A stretch of DNA of 64,000 nucleotides from a virus (lineage: Duplodnaviria; Caudoviricetes), in IMG/VR virus record IMGVR_UViG_3300021514_000002, positions 32,001 through 96,000 of that record; one strand, written 5' to 3'. Position 1 is the first letter of the stretch; every line of letters begins with the position of its first letter. A program made the translations under genes and the position numbers. This document shows, one piece after another, positions 1 through 9,692 of the stretch. The notes below the pieces were generated by a model. The model saw only the letters and a list, made by a program, of their open reading frames with translations, did no database searches and was not told where the DNA came from.

Positions 1-561
1 AGGATCTAAGGTAAGCAGCTCGTCTATATCTTTGGTAAATTGTGCATATTCTTTTACTAAATCATTATACCCTGTGTAGTAGGTCACATGTTGTTCTCGA
101 TCCCAATTTTCAAATGTTATGTTATTAATAATACCATCATATACTTCTTTGCGAATAACAATATGTTTAATACGAACCCCATCGCGCATGTCATGCATCA
201 TTTTTTGGTTTATAATAAACAGTCTACCTTCATGATCAAGTTCAAATAATTTATCTACATCAAAATCATCTTTTCTTGCGGGAATATCATGATATTCGTT
301 TTCGCCCACTTCCATTTCAAGAAGATGATGTTGTAGTGATTCTAATAGTGTTTTGAGCGCTACACCTTCACAATTTTCTACAGCACCATAATCGTCGTAA
401 TCGCCTGAAAAGGTAAACGGCATCGGCAAATGATATGCATCAGGATGACAAAATGAAGAGTCATCATATCCAACTCTACTTTTCAATAAAACAACTTCAA
501 CCTTTTCACCAGCATAAATTGGTAAATTAGTAATTGCACATGTATGATTCCAACAACCCAT
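1..561 (-). CDS. hypothetical protein, runs off window start (MGCWNHTCAITNLPI...)
   Basis: manually translated open frame from ATG at 561 to window edge; not in ORF track. Confidence 0.75.
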   Translation of the reverse strand, partial: MGCWNHTCAITNLPIYAGEKVEVVLLKSRVGYDDSSFCHPDAYHLPMPFTFSGDYDDYGAVENCEGVALKTLLESLQHHLLEMEVGENEYHDIPARKDDFDVDKLFELDHEGRLFIINQKMMHDMRDGVRIKHIVIRKEVYDGIINNITFENWDREQHVTYYTGYNDLVKEYAQFTKDIDELLTLDP

Positions 562-562
562 A

Positions 563-889
563 TTATTCTCCCTTACCCATTTCAGTAACTATTTGTTGAT
601 CGCAATCCATCCAGACCCGATTAATATTTTTCAATAAACCAATAGCATTATCTAACCTAACCATTGGTTTTCGTTGTTCTCTTGTTACGATGGCCAAATG
701 ACATAACCTATTGCCAATTTCTGTAATAATGCCTTTGCATTTCATTCCTGCTACGTGATACTTTTCACCACCATGAGGAATAACAATTATACTATTTTCA
801 TCAACCACATCCCCGTTATCTGGAAAGCATAATTTGCCTGTTATTTCAAGCCCAGATCCTGTGATAATGTCTACATCAAATACGTTCAT
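563..889 (-). CDS. stand-alone PEP-utilising enzyme mobile (phospho-His) domain protein
   Basis: GIITEIGNRLCHLAIVTREQRKPMV matches the G..T..G....H.AIV.RE...P motif. Confidence 0.7.
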   Translation of the reverse strand: MNVFDVDIITGSGLEITGKLCFPDNGDVVDENSIIVIPHGGEKYHVAGMKCKGIITEIGNRLCHLAIVTREQRKPMVRLDNAIGLLKNINRVWMDCDQQIVTEMGKGE

Positions 890-1509
890 ATACCTACCTT
901 TTTAAGATAATGTTCATGGTGTTCAGGACTACAAAAATGTATTTTGTGTTCCACTAAAGTTTTCTTAATAAATTTGCCACAACATAAACACTTTGGATGT
1001 TTGTGTGGCTTTACAGTCGTTTCTAATAATGGAACATCAGTAGGTGCTTCATCGCCATCTTCTTCTGCAGCTTTAAATATAAGCCAATTAATAAAAAGTT
1101 CTATTGGCACATCTAATACTTCATTTTGTTTAACGCCCAACTCACCTAAATCTTTAATAAATGCTTCTAATAGATCACTTGCATTAATATGTTTGTTGAA
1201 CTCGCGTGCATTGTTACCCTTATGTGTTATTATAGCATCTTCGTCTGATATTGTAAAATTACCATCCCCATCAACATTAACAACACTACCATCTGGCAAT
1301 TTTAAACTTGAGTACGGTTTTACTTCAATATCACCTTCAAGATATTGGGTTTCACCTTGAATAACATCAGATACTGTTAATCCTGATGCCGTGCTAGTTC
1401 CCGAAGAACTAATAGTATACCACGCTGCTGTCGAAGCAGTTGTACCAATAAACGTATTATTACTGACAGTAGCATGACTTCCATTATTAATGGTAATCGC
1501 AGATGTCAT
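886..1509 (-). CDS. hypothetical protein with C-terminal Cys/His zinc-finger-like motif
   Basis: ORF track; CLCCG...HFCSPEH; overlaps neighbour. Confidence 0.6.
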   Translation of the reverse strand: MTSAITINNGSHATVSNNTFIGTTASTAAWYTISSSGTSTASGLTVSDVIQGETQYLEGDIEVKPYSSLKLPDGSVVNVDGDGNFTISDEDAIITHKGNNAREFNKHINASDLLEAFIKDLGELGVKQNEVLDVPIELFINWLIFKAAEEDGDEAPTDVPLLETTVKPHKHPKCLCCGKFIKKTLVEHKIHFCSPEHHEHYLKKVGI

Positions 1510-1818
1510 TTATCGTATCCATTTATTTCTTAAATAGTTAGCAGCAGAAGACGTTTCCATTTTCAATGATTGATGGCTCCACACACGTTCAGTCCTATCT
1601 ATAGTGTCACCCCATTTACTATCCCATCGTTCACTTGTAACTTGACCATTTTCAATTACACGACAATGTTCATGTCCACAATACGGACAAATGATAGTAT
1701 GATTACCATCAATATCAAAATCAATAGATGCGTAAAAGGTTTTATTGCAGTCGTGACAATGCATGTCCGTACGAATAATTCCTTCTGCTTTCCCATCTTC
1801 TGATATAACTTCGGCCAT
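1510..1818 (-). CDS. zinc-ribbon hypothetical protein
   Basis: CHDC...CPYCGHEHC. Confidence 0.6.
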   Translation of the reverse strand: MAEVISEDGKAEGIIRTDMHCHDCNKTFYASIDFDIDGNHTIICPYCGHEHCRVIENGQVTSERWDSKWGDTIDRTERVWSHQSLKMETSSAANYLRNKWIR

Positions 1819-1819
1819 G

Positions 1820-2308
1820 TTAATTCCTCAATTCACTAACAGCTCGTTGGATCTTGTCAATGATTGCACGCCCCTTACGCCCAACCTGTTCAACACGATG
1901 CGCCCATTTATCTTCATGGAAGGTTTCTTTGCGCAGTTTCATAGATTCTGCTACGCGCTGTGCTGCATTTAATTGGTCGGCGGCTGATGCATATCTCATA
2001 CCATCTTTACCACCAGCGGCCATAATTTTATCCCATGGGAAAGGTGTCTTATCGTGGAATACCCATCCTGCATCTACTTTTGAATTTTTATTACCAAAAG
2101 AAAATGTTTCTTTAAAGCCTTTTTCTGGCATGGCATCGCGATATTCCACGATAGGTTCTTGCGCCATATCAAAAATAGAATAAATTACCTTTCCACCTTC
2201 TGTGGATTCAACGAATAGTAAACTACCATCATTGTGTTCACCCCAAACTCCCATACATAGGGTATCGCTTTTGGCGCTACCATGACCAGGTACGTCTTGT
2301 GTACTCAT
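1820..2308 (-). CDS. hypothetical protein
   Basis: ORF track, RBS GGAG upstream, tight packing. Confidence 0.65.
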   Translation of the reverse strand: MSTQDVPGHGSAKSDTLCMGVWGEHNDGSLLFVESTEGGKVIYSIFDMAQEPIVEYRDAMPEKGFKETFSFGNKNSKVDAGWVFHDKTPFPWDKIMAAGGKDGMRYASAADQLNAAQRVAESMKLRKETFHEDKWAHRVEQVGRKGRAIIDKIQRAVSELRN

Positions 2309-2320
2309 ATTATTTTCTCC

Positions 2321-2608
2321 TTAGTAACTGTTAACAAATTGTATTTTTTTAATCTGTGGCATTTCTTTTGCCAATACTACAAGATCGATTTCAAAACCAT
2401 CTGCACAATCATGTGGACTGACATTGGTTACGAACTTATCAATATCAAATGAAACACCCGCATCATTTGGCGGTTCATTGTCAAAAAATTCCCACACTTC
2501 GCTCGGTGGATCAATGTCTGCTGCCATACAAGCATCATATATGCTTTTCATCTTTTTAAATGTTTCGTCTGGCGGTACAAAACCAATTACATATGTGCTC
2601 ATACTCAT
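2321..2608 (-). CDS. hypothetical protein
   Basis: ORF track, operon packing. Confidence 0.6.
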   Translation of the reverse strand: MSMSTYVIGFVPPDETFKKMKSIYDACMAADIDPPSEVWEFFDNEPPNDAGVSFDIDKFVTNVSPHDCADGFEIDLVVLAKEMPQIKKIQFVNSY

Positions 2609-2774
2609 ATTATTCTACCTTTTCGTTTTTAATTAATTTAAGTGCATGTTCAAATTCTTTGGTTTTTCTTGCCAATACTTTTTCGTAATTCTGTCTGACC
2701 AATGCAACCATGTCTATAGTCGAGTTGTATGAATGCCTTTCAATATCTTTAAGTTTTTCACGTAAGGATTTCAT

Positions 2775-3287
2775 TTAAAATTCATATTCTTCAATTGAAA
2801 TAATTTTATGCGCATATGCACCTTCAATGTTTCTAGCCACATTTGCACCCATTTTAATATTCCTTTCAAAACAATCCATAAAGTCTTCAACGTCGGTGTC
2901 ATTATCTATTTCAATAATCACATTAACCTTTATGCGTTTTTTATTTCCTTTATTTCTGCCTTGATATTGATAAGCGAGTTCATTGTTCGTTTCCCAGTAA
3001 AATATTTCCCAAAACCCATATAAACTATATCCAATATGTTTGTATAGTTCACGGATGCGTGGATCATTTTTATCGGCACCTTTCATAAACAAATCATTTA
3101 AATCTCTCGCACCGAACATGTCCATCATTTCCTGTTCTTTTTCGGGATCTGCAACCCAACGAATAGTTCCATGCTCGTTGACATAAAGTTCATGTCCAAG
3201 TTCTTCGGTTTCTAAAATTTCAGCATATTCTTCACTTATCGCTGCTGCATCTTCCCAACTGATTGGACCTGGTTTTAATTCACTCAT
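2775..3287 (-). CDS. hypothetical protein
   Basis: ORF track, RBS AGGT upstream. Confidence 0.6.
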   Translation of the reverse strand: MSELKPGPISWEDAAAISEEYAEILETEELGHELYVNEHGTIRWVADPEKEQEMMDMFGARDLNDLFMKGADKNDPRIRELYKHIGYSLYGFWEIFYWETNNELAYQYQGRNKGNKKRIKVNVIIEIDNDTDVEDFMDCFERNIKMGANVARNIEGAYAHKIISIEEYEF

Positions 3288-3301
3288 TTATTTTCACCTT
3301 T

Positions 3302-3529
3302 TTAATTAAACGGAAATTCTTCGTTATAATTCTCCGACATATTGTAATCTGCTTCCACTTTGATAGTTAAATCTTTACGTGAATGTGAGGTAGGAACATT
3401 ATCAGGAAGATTAACAATAACTCTGAAAACATATTCGCTTCCAATAGAATATAAAAATTCAACGTCAACCCGTTTAGGATCAACGTTATATTGAACAGCT
3501 AACATAGATTGTATTGCACGATTTTTCAT
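3302..3529 (-). CDS. hypothetical protein
   Basis: ORF track. Confidence 0.5.
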   Translation of the reverse strand: MKNRAIQSMLAVQYNVDPKRVDVEFLYSIGSEYVFRVIVNLPDNVPTSHSRKDLTIKVEADYNMSENYNEEFPFN

Positions 3530-3547
3530 TTTTCTACTTCCACCTTT

Positions 3548-3760
3548 TCATCTTTGCGACCAAAGTTCTTTCCAATGATTTCGTATATCTGCGGCATCAT
3601 CAAATTTACCTAATTTATTATATGAGATATTGTTATGCAGCTCACCTTCTTCGATCCCCATTGCAATAGCAAGATCTTCAGACATTGTTACGATCCCAAA
3701 TGCCTCGCCAAGTTCTGATAATAGAACATAAACAACTTTTGCGTGGTCACCATTATTCAT
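3548..3760 (-). CDS. hypothetical protein
   Basis: ORF track, overlap with ligase stop. Confidence 0.5.
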   Translation of the reverse strand: MNNGDHAKVVYVLLSELGEAFGIVTMSEDLAIAMGIEEGELHNNISYNKLGKFDDAADIRNHWKELWSQR

Positions 3761-4899
3761 TCTATTTCCACTTTTTCATCTTTAAGACCTAATGATTTCC
3801 AACGCTTTTTCATAACGTCTTTATAAGAAAAATCGTTGCCAATATACTTCTGCATAACTAAACCAAATTGTAATTTGTCTAGTTCTTTCTGTCCAAGAAT
3901 CGCATAATCTTTACGTTCAAGATCTTTATTACGTTCGTAAAAACGTTCAACAGTATCTACTAAATGATTATACTTAACTTCAACAAAAGTTTCCATTTCG
4001 CTAATTAATTTAATAGCAAGCGGATCATCGTGAAATAAAGAACGCATATCATCAGTAGCTTCTTCCAATACAGCTTCATACAACCGTCGTGGACAGTTGA
4101 TTGAGTCTTTTGTGTGGTGCAAAGCTAAGTACCAAGTACATTTCTTTTTCACACGCTGACCAGATGGAAGTTCAAACACAACACCTTCAACGCCCTGCAT
4201 ATCATCAATAGAATTAATGTATGCTTCTGGATCGTCAACAGTGATGATTTTAACCCAACGGTTTAATATTTCTGGAAAGTGTTCAGCATCAATATCATAG
4301 AAGCTAATGTATTCACCTGTTTTACGGTTACGCACAGCCAATACTTTCAAATGTGCTTCCATGTAAGGCAACACAATTCGGTTGTCTGGTGCACACCATT
4401 CCATGATAACAGTACAATCCAACTTTTCAGCGTGAAGCAATTCGTTTCGGAATGTATTGTTTTCATCAAGGCGTAAGTATGCATTGGCGTTTATCGCCTG
4501 ATCAGAAGTCAAAGAACCCTTTGTCTTAACTTGAAGAACACTATCGTGTAGGTATGTACTGATCATAGAACAATCAGCCTTGTCTGCAATTTCTTTAATC
4601 GTAGACAAGTCCAAGTCCATAGTATATGGATTTTCATATAAATTAAAGAATTTCTGGGGCGGTAAAGAAGCCAGACGAACAGCCATCGGATCAAGTGGAT
4701 CGACCATTTCAAACATAATACCACGACATTCCAAAGCGCTTGGTTGCAGAAACTCAGTATAAGAGGCCAAGCGATAGTTGAAGATACGATACCAAGTATC
4801 GTTAGTTTCATCTAAATCGTGGTCACTGAAAAAGAACGCTTCACTGAAAGCAACAAGGCGCATTAAGTCTTCGTATATTTTTGTTTGATATGTGTTCAC
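3757..4899 (-). CDS. rnlA: T4 Rnl1-like RNA ligase (tRNA repair)
   Basis: FNYRLASY, ECRGIMFE, KFFNL.EN, K.D.S.I, KTKGS, EG.V, KC.WY..LHHTKDS motifs of T4 RnlA; GTG start. Motif I reads KADCS instead of KEDGS. Confidence 0.85.
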   Translation of the reverse strand: MNTYQTKIYEDLMRLVAFSEAFFFSDHDLDETNDTWYRIFNYRLASYTEFLQPSALECRGIMFEMVDPLDPMAVRLASLPPQKFFNLYENPYTMDLDLSTIKEIADKADCSMISTYLHDSVLQVKTKGSLTSDQAINANAYLRLDENNTFRNELLHAEKLDCTVIMEWCAPDNRIVLPYMEAHLKVLAVRNRKTGEYISFYDIDAEHFPEILNRWVKIITVDDPEAYINSIDDMQGVEGVVFELPSGQRVKKKCTWYLALHHTKDSINCPRRLYEAVLEEATDDMRSLFHDDPLAIKLISEMETFVEVKYNHLVDTVERFYERNKDLERKDYAILGQKELDKLQFGLVMQKYIGNDFSYKDVMKKRWKSLGLKDEKVEIE

Positions 4900-4934
4900 T
4901 ATAAATACCTACGTAAAAGTTTTTCAAGATAAAC

Positions 4935-4962
4935 ATTATAGGTTATTTTTTGATAAAGTCAA
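4935..4962 (-). promoter_or_regulatory. sigma70-like promoter for RNA ligase
   Basis: TTGACT-N16-TATAAT. Confidence 0.6.
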
Positions 4963-4974
4963 GAGAAATCTACA

Positions 4975-5508
4975 TCAAAACTTGTTTTCAACACCAATTC
5001 TAATAAAATCTCTACCGTCATTAGGTTTATGTGATTCATCTAGGTTACAAATTTTTTGACAATTTGAAAAATGTGTTAATCCTACCAATACATTCCAATC
5101 ATCATTTATTTTGTATCCACCACCAATATTCACCTCAAATTGTCTGTGTCCTGTTAAGTATCCATTCTTTACGCGTCTACCATCTGGATTATCTAAATAT
5201 CCTATTCCAAAAGAACCTTCAACGAAAAATTTTGTTGATGTTCTTCCGCCTATATTAATTGAAATAATTTTTCCATTTTCAAAATCTTGTTTACCACTAT
5301 TCCAAGTAGTATATTTACCCATGAAATATAAGTTTTCATTAACATAATATCTAATACCAATCCCAAGTGATTGGTTGTTGGGACTAAGATCATTTGTTCC
5401 TGGTAAAGCATACGATGAACCAATGTCAATCGTATAGGTTACAGTTTCCTCAGCAGCAAATGTGGTAAAAGGAAAGATAAGCGACAAAAATAACCATATT
5501 GTTTTCAT
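4975..5508 (-). CDS. PagL/acyloxyacyl-hydrolase-like outer-membrane beta-barrel
   Basis: signal peptide MKTIWLFLSLIFPFTTFA, amphipathic strands, HFSN motif, PN.G.D, C-terminal Phe; start moved to ATG 5508. Confidence 0.65.
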   Translation of the reverse strand: MKTIWLFLSLIFPFTTFAAEETVTYTIDIGSSYALPGTNDLSPNNQSLGIGIRYYVNENLYFMGKYTTWNSGKQDFENGKIISINIGGRTSTKFFVEGSFGIGYLDNPDGRRVKNGYLTGHRQFEVNIGGGYKINDDWNVLVGLTHFSNCQKICNLDESHKPNDGRDFIRIGVENKF

Positions 5509-5538
5509 AGTTAATATACCGTTTTTTAATTGAACTAC

Positions 5539-5567
5539 ATTATAGGTTATTTTTTTGGAGGTGTCAA
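5539..5567 (-). promoter_or_regulatory. sigma70-like promoter for PagL-like gene
   Basis: TTGACA-N17-TATAAT perfect consensus. Confidence 0.75.
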
Positions 5568-5818
5568 GGATTTCTTGGTTTAAATTTATACCATAAGATG
5601 ATACTACCAATCAGAATATTGAAGGTATAATTGAGAATTAAAGGTAATAATCCTGTTGGTAGGATGTATATTAGGACAAATACTTCACCCCAAAACCATA
5701 ATCCAATGAAGCCCCATGAAATTCCATAACTATGTCCGTCTTTGTAGCTTTTCCATGCTTGAGGAGCACCACAGATTGCAAGCATGAAACCACCTAACCA
5801 ACCAATAATTTCTAACAT
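5564..5818 (-). CDS. PQ-loop / SemiSWEET-like membrane protein
   Basis: IGWLGGFMLAICGAPQAWKSY...GISW, three TM helices. Confidence 0.75.
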   Translation of the reverse strand: MLEIIGWLGGFMLAICGAPQAWKSYKDGHSYGISWGFIGLWFWGEVFVLIYILPTGLLPLILNYTFNILIGSIILWYKFKPRNP

Positions 5819-5819
5819 T

Positions 5820-6659
5820 TCACATTGATAAAAGATCATGCATTTTACGAAATCTGCCTAATCTTTCTTCTGCGATTGCGTAATATTCTGGTACTATTTC
5901 TGTACCTATAAAACTTCGGTTATTCTTTAACGCCATTTTACCTGTCGTACCACTACCAGTAAACGGGTCAAATATAACATCCCCTTCATTACTCCATGAT
6001 AGGATATGATCTTCTGCTATTTTTTCGGGAAATATCGCTGGATGTTTAAATGCGATTTTTTCTTCGGCAGATATACCACCACCTACAGGAACTGTCCATA
6101 CATTACGATTCTTTACGGGTTGGTCGAGATTAAGATCAACCCGCCGCGAATCAAAATTACCATCTTTATCACGTACGAAGCTTTTGTTCCGTGATATTCT
6201 TTTATCGTTCCATTTGTTGGTGCGTTTAACCATGATTGGGTTAAAGGTTTTTGGGGTGCCTTTGGAAAAGACGAACATATATTCAAACGCTTGAAAATAT
6301 CTAGTGTTGCCACCCGTTGGTACAGGATTTTCTTTTTGGTAAATCATGGTATCGTGTAAGTTAAACCCACAATCTTTGAAGTATAGTGCTTGTATGAAAC
6401 TATTACCAGTTTCACTACCATCAATAGTTGCATCATTTACTATCCAAACAACAACACCACCTTCTTTGGTTATGTTATATAAATTATCAACAACACGCTC
6501 GAATATGTTCCAGTCCCATTTAAGAGTATTTTCATAATTGCGGATATCGTCGTATGGAGGGGATGTTACAGTTAAGTCAATGGAACTAGGTTCCATTTTC
6601 TGCATATATTCAATGCAGTCACCTAGATGTAGTGTGAGATTTATAGCATTATTTTCCAT
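5820..6659 (-). CDS. DNA N4-cytosine/N6-adenine methyltransferase (beta class)
   Basis: TSPPY, HPAIFP, DPFTGSGTT. Confidence 0.9.
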   Translation of the reverse strand: MENNAINLTLHLGDCIEYMQKMEPSSIDLTVTSPPYDDIRNYENTLKWDWNIFERVVDNLYNITKEGGVVVWIVNDATIDGSETGNSFIQALYFKDCGFNLHDTMIYQKENPVPTGGNTRYFQAFEYMFVFSKGTPKTFNPIMVKRTNKWNDKRISRNKSFVRDKDGNFDSRRVDLNLDQPVKNRNVWTVPVGGGISAEEKIAFKHPAIFPEKIAEDHILSWSNEGDVIFDPFTGSGTTGKMALKNNRSFIGTEIVPEYYAIAEERLGRFRKMHDLLSM

Positions 6660-6695
6660 AGACGGAAGTATACTGCTAAATTAGGTTATTGTCAA

Positions 6696-7247
6696 TTACA
6701 ATCTTTGTAATTTTACGTGATAAGATCGTTTGATTCCCTGATAAGAGAATCTACAAGTACAGGAACTTGGATCGCGTTCTTCAACATCCATCTCAAAAGC
6801 TTTTTCACCTGCTTGCTTTCTGATCATTTCAATGACTTCTTCCATATTTCTTGCTTCTACAGTATGTCCTTTGCCAAACCTATCGCCAATTTCTTGCACG
6901 CGGACTTTGATACGTTTTTCCATTGCTTCGCGAAAAACAGTGGAAGACATTCTCCAACTTGAATCAACACCCTTACGAGCATCAGCTAATTCACCAACTC
7001 CCGTTTGAAGCAACTCTTCGTATTGTTGCCAGCCACCTTTTTCAGCAGGTGTTGGGCGTTCAACACCAGCAATCTTGTATGCTTGGTGTACCAACTCTAA
7101 CGCATTTGACCAATCTTGTTCTTGATCAGCGGCTCCTGCTTTAATATTCTTTTTCAGTTCCTTGATGATATCTTGACCAAGGACGGACAAATCACCTTTC
7201 TTAGGATTCGCTTCTGATAGCAGGTAAATACTTTTTAAGAGATCCAT
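6696..7247 (-). CDS. putative internal head protein
   Basis: N-terminal MDLLKSIYLLSEA resembles a prohead-protease-cleaved leader (inference). Confidence 0.5.
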   Translation of the reverse strand: MDLLKSIYLLSEANPKKGDLSVLGQDIIKELKKNIKAGAADQEQDWSNALELVHQAYKIAGVERPTPAEKGGWQQYEELLQTGVGELADARKGVDSSWRMSSTVFREAMEKRIKVRVQEIGDRFGKGHTVEARNMEEVIEMIRKQAGEKAFEMDVEERDPSSCTCRFSYQGIKRSYHVKLQRL

Positions 7248-7525
7248 TACGATGTTCCTTTGATAAAACTGTGGTATTTTGAAATCGCAGCCTTGAGTGA
7301 TTTTTCTGCTGCATATGCTCTGTGAGTATTTGTAATATATGTAGATTTGTCATCTTTGTTAACACTTTTCCAAACAGCTGGCGTTGCTTCACCATTATGC
7401 CCATGATGCCAAACTGCGTCTGCTTTCATAACTTGTTCGCGTTCTTCATCTGATAATGGTTTTTTATTCTTTTGAAGACTCGCAAATTCGCTTGCTTCTA
7501 TTAAAAATTCTCTAAACGTACTCAT
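7247..7525 (-). CDS. putative internal head protein
   Basis: MSTFREFLIE resembles the T4 capsid-targeting sequence MKTYQEFIAE. Confidence 0.55.
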   Translation of the reverse strand: MSTFREFLIEASEFASLQKNKKPLSDEEREQVMKADAVWHHGHNGEATPAVWKSVNKDDKSTYITNTHRAYAAEKSLKAAISKYHSFIKGTS

Positions 7526-7902
7526 TAGAAACCTATCTTGATTTGTTTTAATTCGTAATAACGACCACCGTCTGCGTATCGGGTTCTATGTAATTTGAAT
7601 TGTTTAGATTGTATCATTGCATCTACAACTCTACGTATCATTCTCTTTTCATATGGGGATTTCGCGAAGAGTTTAACCGTATTGCGTTTATTTGTTTTGT
7701 ATTGTTGATAGGCTGCTACCGCATTCACTGCAGCAGCCGCAGTTAATTTCGGATTGCTTTTAATAAAGTCTGCAATCATTTTATTATTTACCGCACCGCC
7801 GCGCTTTTGCATTTGTAATTGCTTTACGGATTGGCTAATAGCTTCCATTAACGGAAGTATTTCGCTACTATATTCTTCTGCAATTTCTTGTAGTAAATCC
7901 AT
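7525..7902 (-). CDS. putative internal head protein
   Basis: MDLLQEIAEE leader, basic body. Confidence 0.45.
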   Translation of the reverse strand: MDLLQEIAEEYSSEILPLMEAISQSVKQLQMQKRGGAVNNKMIADFIKSNPKLTAAAAVNAVAAYQQYKTNKRNTVKLFAKSPYEKRMIRRVVDAMIQSKQFKLHRTRYADGGRYYELKQIKIGF

Positions 7903-7915
7903 TTTCTACGTTTCC

Positions 7916-8158
7916 TTAATTATCGAGATCTAGTTGTTCAATGTTATCTAAAAGGTATAACATACCATCGATCCATCGATCCATACTTTCTTTCTTACTT
8001 TCTGATTCCGACACCATAACTACCTGAATATCACATTTACCCTGTTCTATTATTTTAATATCACTAGTTTCACAATCTTCAAGATAACACATGTTATAAT
8101 ATTCACAGGCAGGAGCCATATCAATTTTACTTTCTACTGTAAATGGCTCGTCTATCAT
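7916..8158 (-). CDS. hypothetical protein
   Basis: ORF track. Confidence 0.5.
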   Translation of the reverse strand: MIDEPFTVESKIDMAPACEYYNMCYLEDCETSDIKIIEQGKCDIQVVMVSESESKKESMDRWIDGMLYLLDNIEQLDLDN

Positions 8159-8520
8159 TATTTAACTGGTTCTGGTTGCTTTGCTGCTTTTTTCGCTGCT
8201 ATTTTAGCTTCTATTTTTTTGCGTTCTGTTTCATATGCTTTGTTAATTTTATTATATTCATCTAACGCCTTTTGCAATTCTTCTGAGTATCCCATGAGAA
8301 CCTTGACGGTCGCTTTATAATATTTCGCAACAACCCCATCTTCTTTTACTTGCGCTTCTGTCATTTGATGAATAGGCAATTTTGGTTGTTTAATAACAGG
8401 CGGTTTAGGTGAATATAATACAGGAACTAAAGTTTCCTTTACATCCGTGGTGAATTTTATTGGGTCTGCACCACAACCTACTAATAATAACACGAATCCT
8501 GCTAAGATTATTTTTTCCAT
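8158..8520 (-). CDS. o-spanin (Rz1-like lipoprotein)
   Basis: lipobox LLLVG-C, Pro-rich linker, overlaps i-spanin. Confidence 0.75.
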   Translation of the reverse strand: MEKIILAGFVLLLVGCGADPIKFTTDVKETLVPVLYSPKPPVIKQPKLPIHQMTEAQVKEDGVVAKYYKATVKVLMGYSEELQKALDEYNKINKAYETERKKIEAKIAAKKAAKQPEPVK

Positions 8521-8951
8521 TGTAAGTCCTTCCTGCCGTCACGGAGATAGTCAATAGCCGCTTTACACGTCTTTGGTGTCTTATCTTTTAATATGTTATT
8601 AACTTCTTTATCGGTTTTAACTCTAGCATCGTCTAGGTCTTTTTGTAATATTCCAATATCGCCTTCTAGATTTTTGGTTATATCTTTCCACTTTTTAACT
8701 TCTGCATTTCTTTCATCTATTGCAGCCGTTAAGGTTTCGTTGCCAGTCTTGCATACATTTACGGCGCGAAGCGCCGCATCTAGACGTAATTCTAAACTAG
8801 GAATGGTTTCCGCACCAAACAAAAAGCGTGTTTCGTTGAAATTTTGGTACCAGATTATAAAAGCCATGCCACCAACCAATACTTCTCGCCAATTCTTTAT
8901 AAGAAAGCCCATAATTTTTTTAACATTGAAAATCAATCCAAGAAATCCCAT
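8508..8951 (-). CDS. i-spanin (Rz-like)
   Basis: N-terminal TM, coiled coil, C-terminal Cys, paired with lipoprotein. Confidence 0.7.
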   Translation of the reverse strand: MGFLGLIFNVKKIMGFLIKNWREVLVGGMAFIIWYQNFNETRFLFGAETIPSLELRLDAALRAVNVCKTGNETLTAAIDERNAEVKKWKDITKNLEGDIGILQKDLDDARVKTDKEVNNILKDKTPKTCKAAIDYLRDGRKDLQWKK

Positions 8952-9163
8952 TATCTATTATTCCTCAATATACCATTAAGACTATTTATATCATTGGAGT
9001 TCTTTCTACTAGTTTCATAAGCCCTATTAGTCTTTTTAGATAGCATTATAACCGTTTGCTGTAGACCTGACACGACATTTTTTAAGATGCGTATCTGCTT
9101 GGCCTGCTCTTTGAGTTGTTTTTCTAATTTTACTGTTTCTGTAATCATGGCAGTATTTATCAC
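8951..9163 (-). CDS. coiled-coil hypothetical protein
   Basis: ORF track. Confidence 0.5.
   Translation of the reverse strand: MINTAMITETVKLEKQLKEQAKQIRILKNVVSGLQQTVIMLSKKTNRAYETSRKNSNDINSLNGILRNNR
8983..8990 (-). promoter_or_regulatory. T4-like late promoter upstream of spanins
   Basis: TATAAATA 32 nt upstream of i-spanin start. Confidence 0.55.
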
Positions 9164-9178
9164 TATTGATATGAAAGA

Positions 9179-9526
9179 TTACGTTATTATGTTAATATTT
9201 GATATAACTACTACCAAATATATAACATTTAGTATTCCAAATACCCATTCCATTCTTTTTGTTTGACACGCTTCTCTGAATTTCTCAATGAAAATATAAG
9301 GAATAATGAGCAAAATCCCAATAATGGCGGTTTTAAACCATAAAATTGACCAAACAGTATCTGTTTTAGCCATCAAATAGTCTAATATTGGATACGCTTC
9401 ACCATATCCATGTTGTTCAATTGCAACCCTTGTGGTTTCAAAATCAAGAATATTTAGTATAATAAGCGAGATAATTAACCATGTATTTAAGTGCCAATTA
9501 AAATTACTCTGTGTTGTTGTGTTCAT
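9179..9526 (-). CDS. small membrane protein (DUF5658-like)
   Basis: LNILDFETT...E.YPI...K motif, three TM segments. Confidence 0.55.
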   Translation of the reverse strand: MNTTTQSNFNWHLNTWLIISLIILNILDFETTRVAIEQHGYGEAYPILDYLMAKTDTVWSILWFKTAIIGILLIIPYIFIEKFREACQTKRMEWVFGILNVIYLVVVISNINIIT

Positions 9527-9692
9527 TTTTAACCTCTATAAATATTTTGGCAGCGTCAAATGCGGCAACTGCTACTCTTCTTGCGTGATGTCCGTTGAAT
9601 TTTTGTTCAACTATTATATTATTAGCATAAATTAATTTAGCCAATTCACTAATCTCATAAATTGCATTTACATCTTCATCTTTATTACTCAT
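9504..9692 (-). CDS. hypothetical protein
   Basis: ORF track, ATG overlapping upstream stop. Confidence 0.45.
   Translation of the reverse strand: MSNKDEDVNAIYEISELAKLIYANNIIVEQKFNGHHARRVAVAAFDAAKIFIEVKNEHNNTE

Noticed and set aside
4900-4907. Plus-strand TATAAATA as an antisense late promoter
   Set aside because: It coincides with the RBS spacer of the RNA ligase gene and has no plus-strand gene downstream; likely chance in AT-rich DNA.
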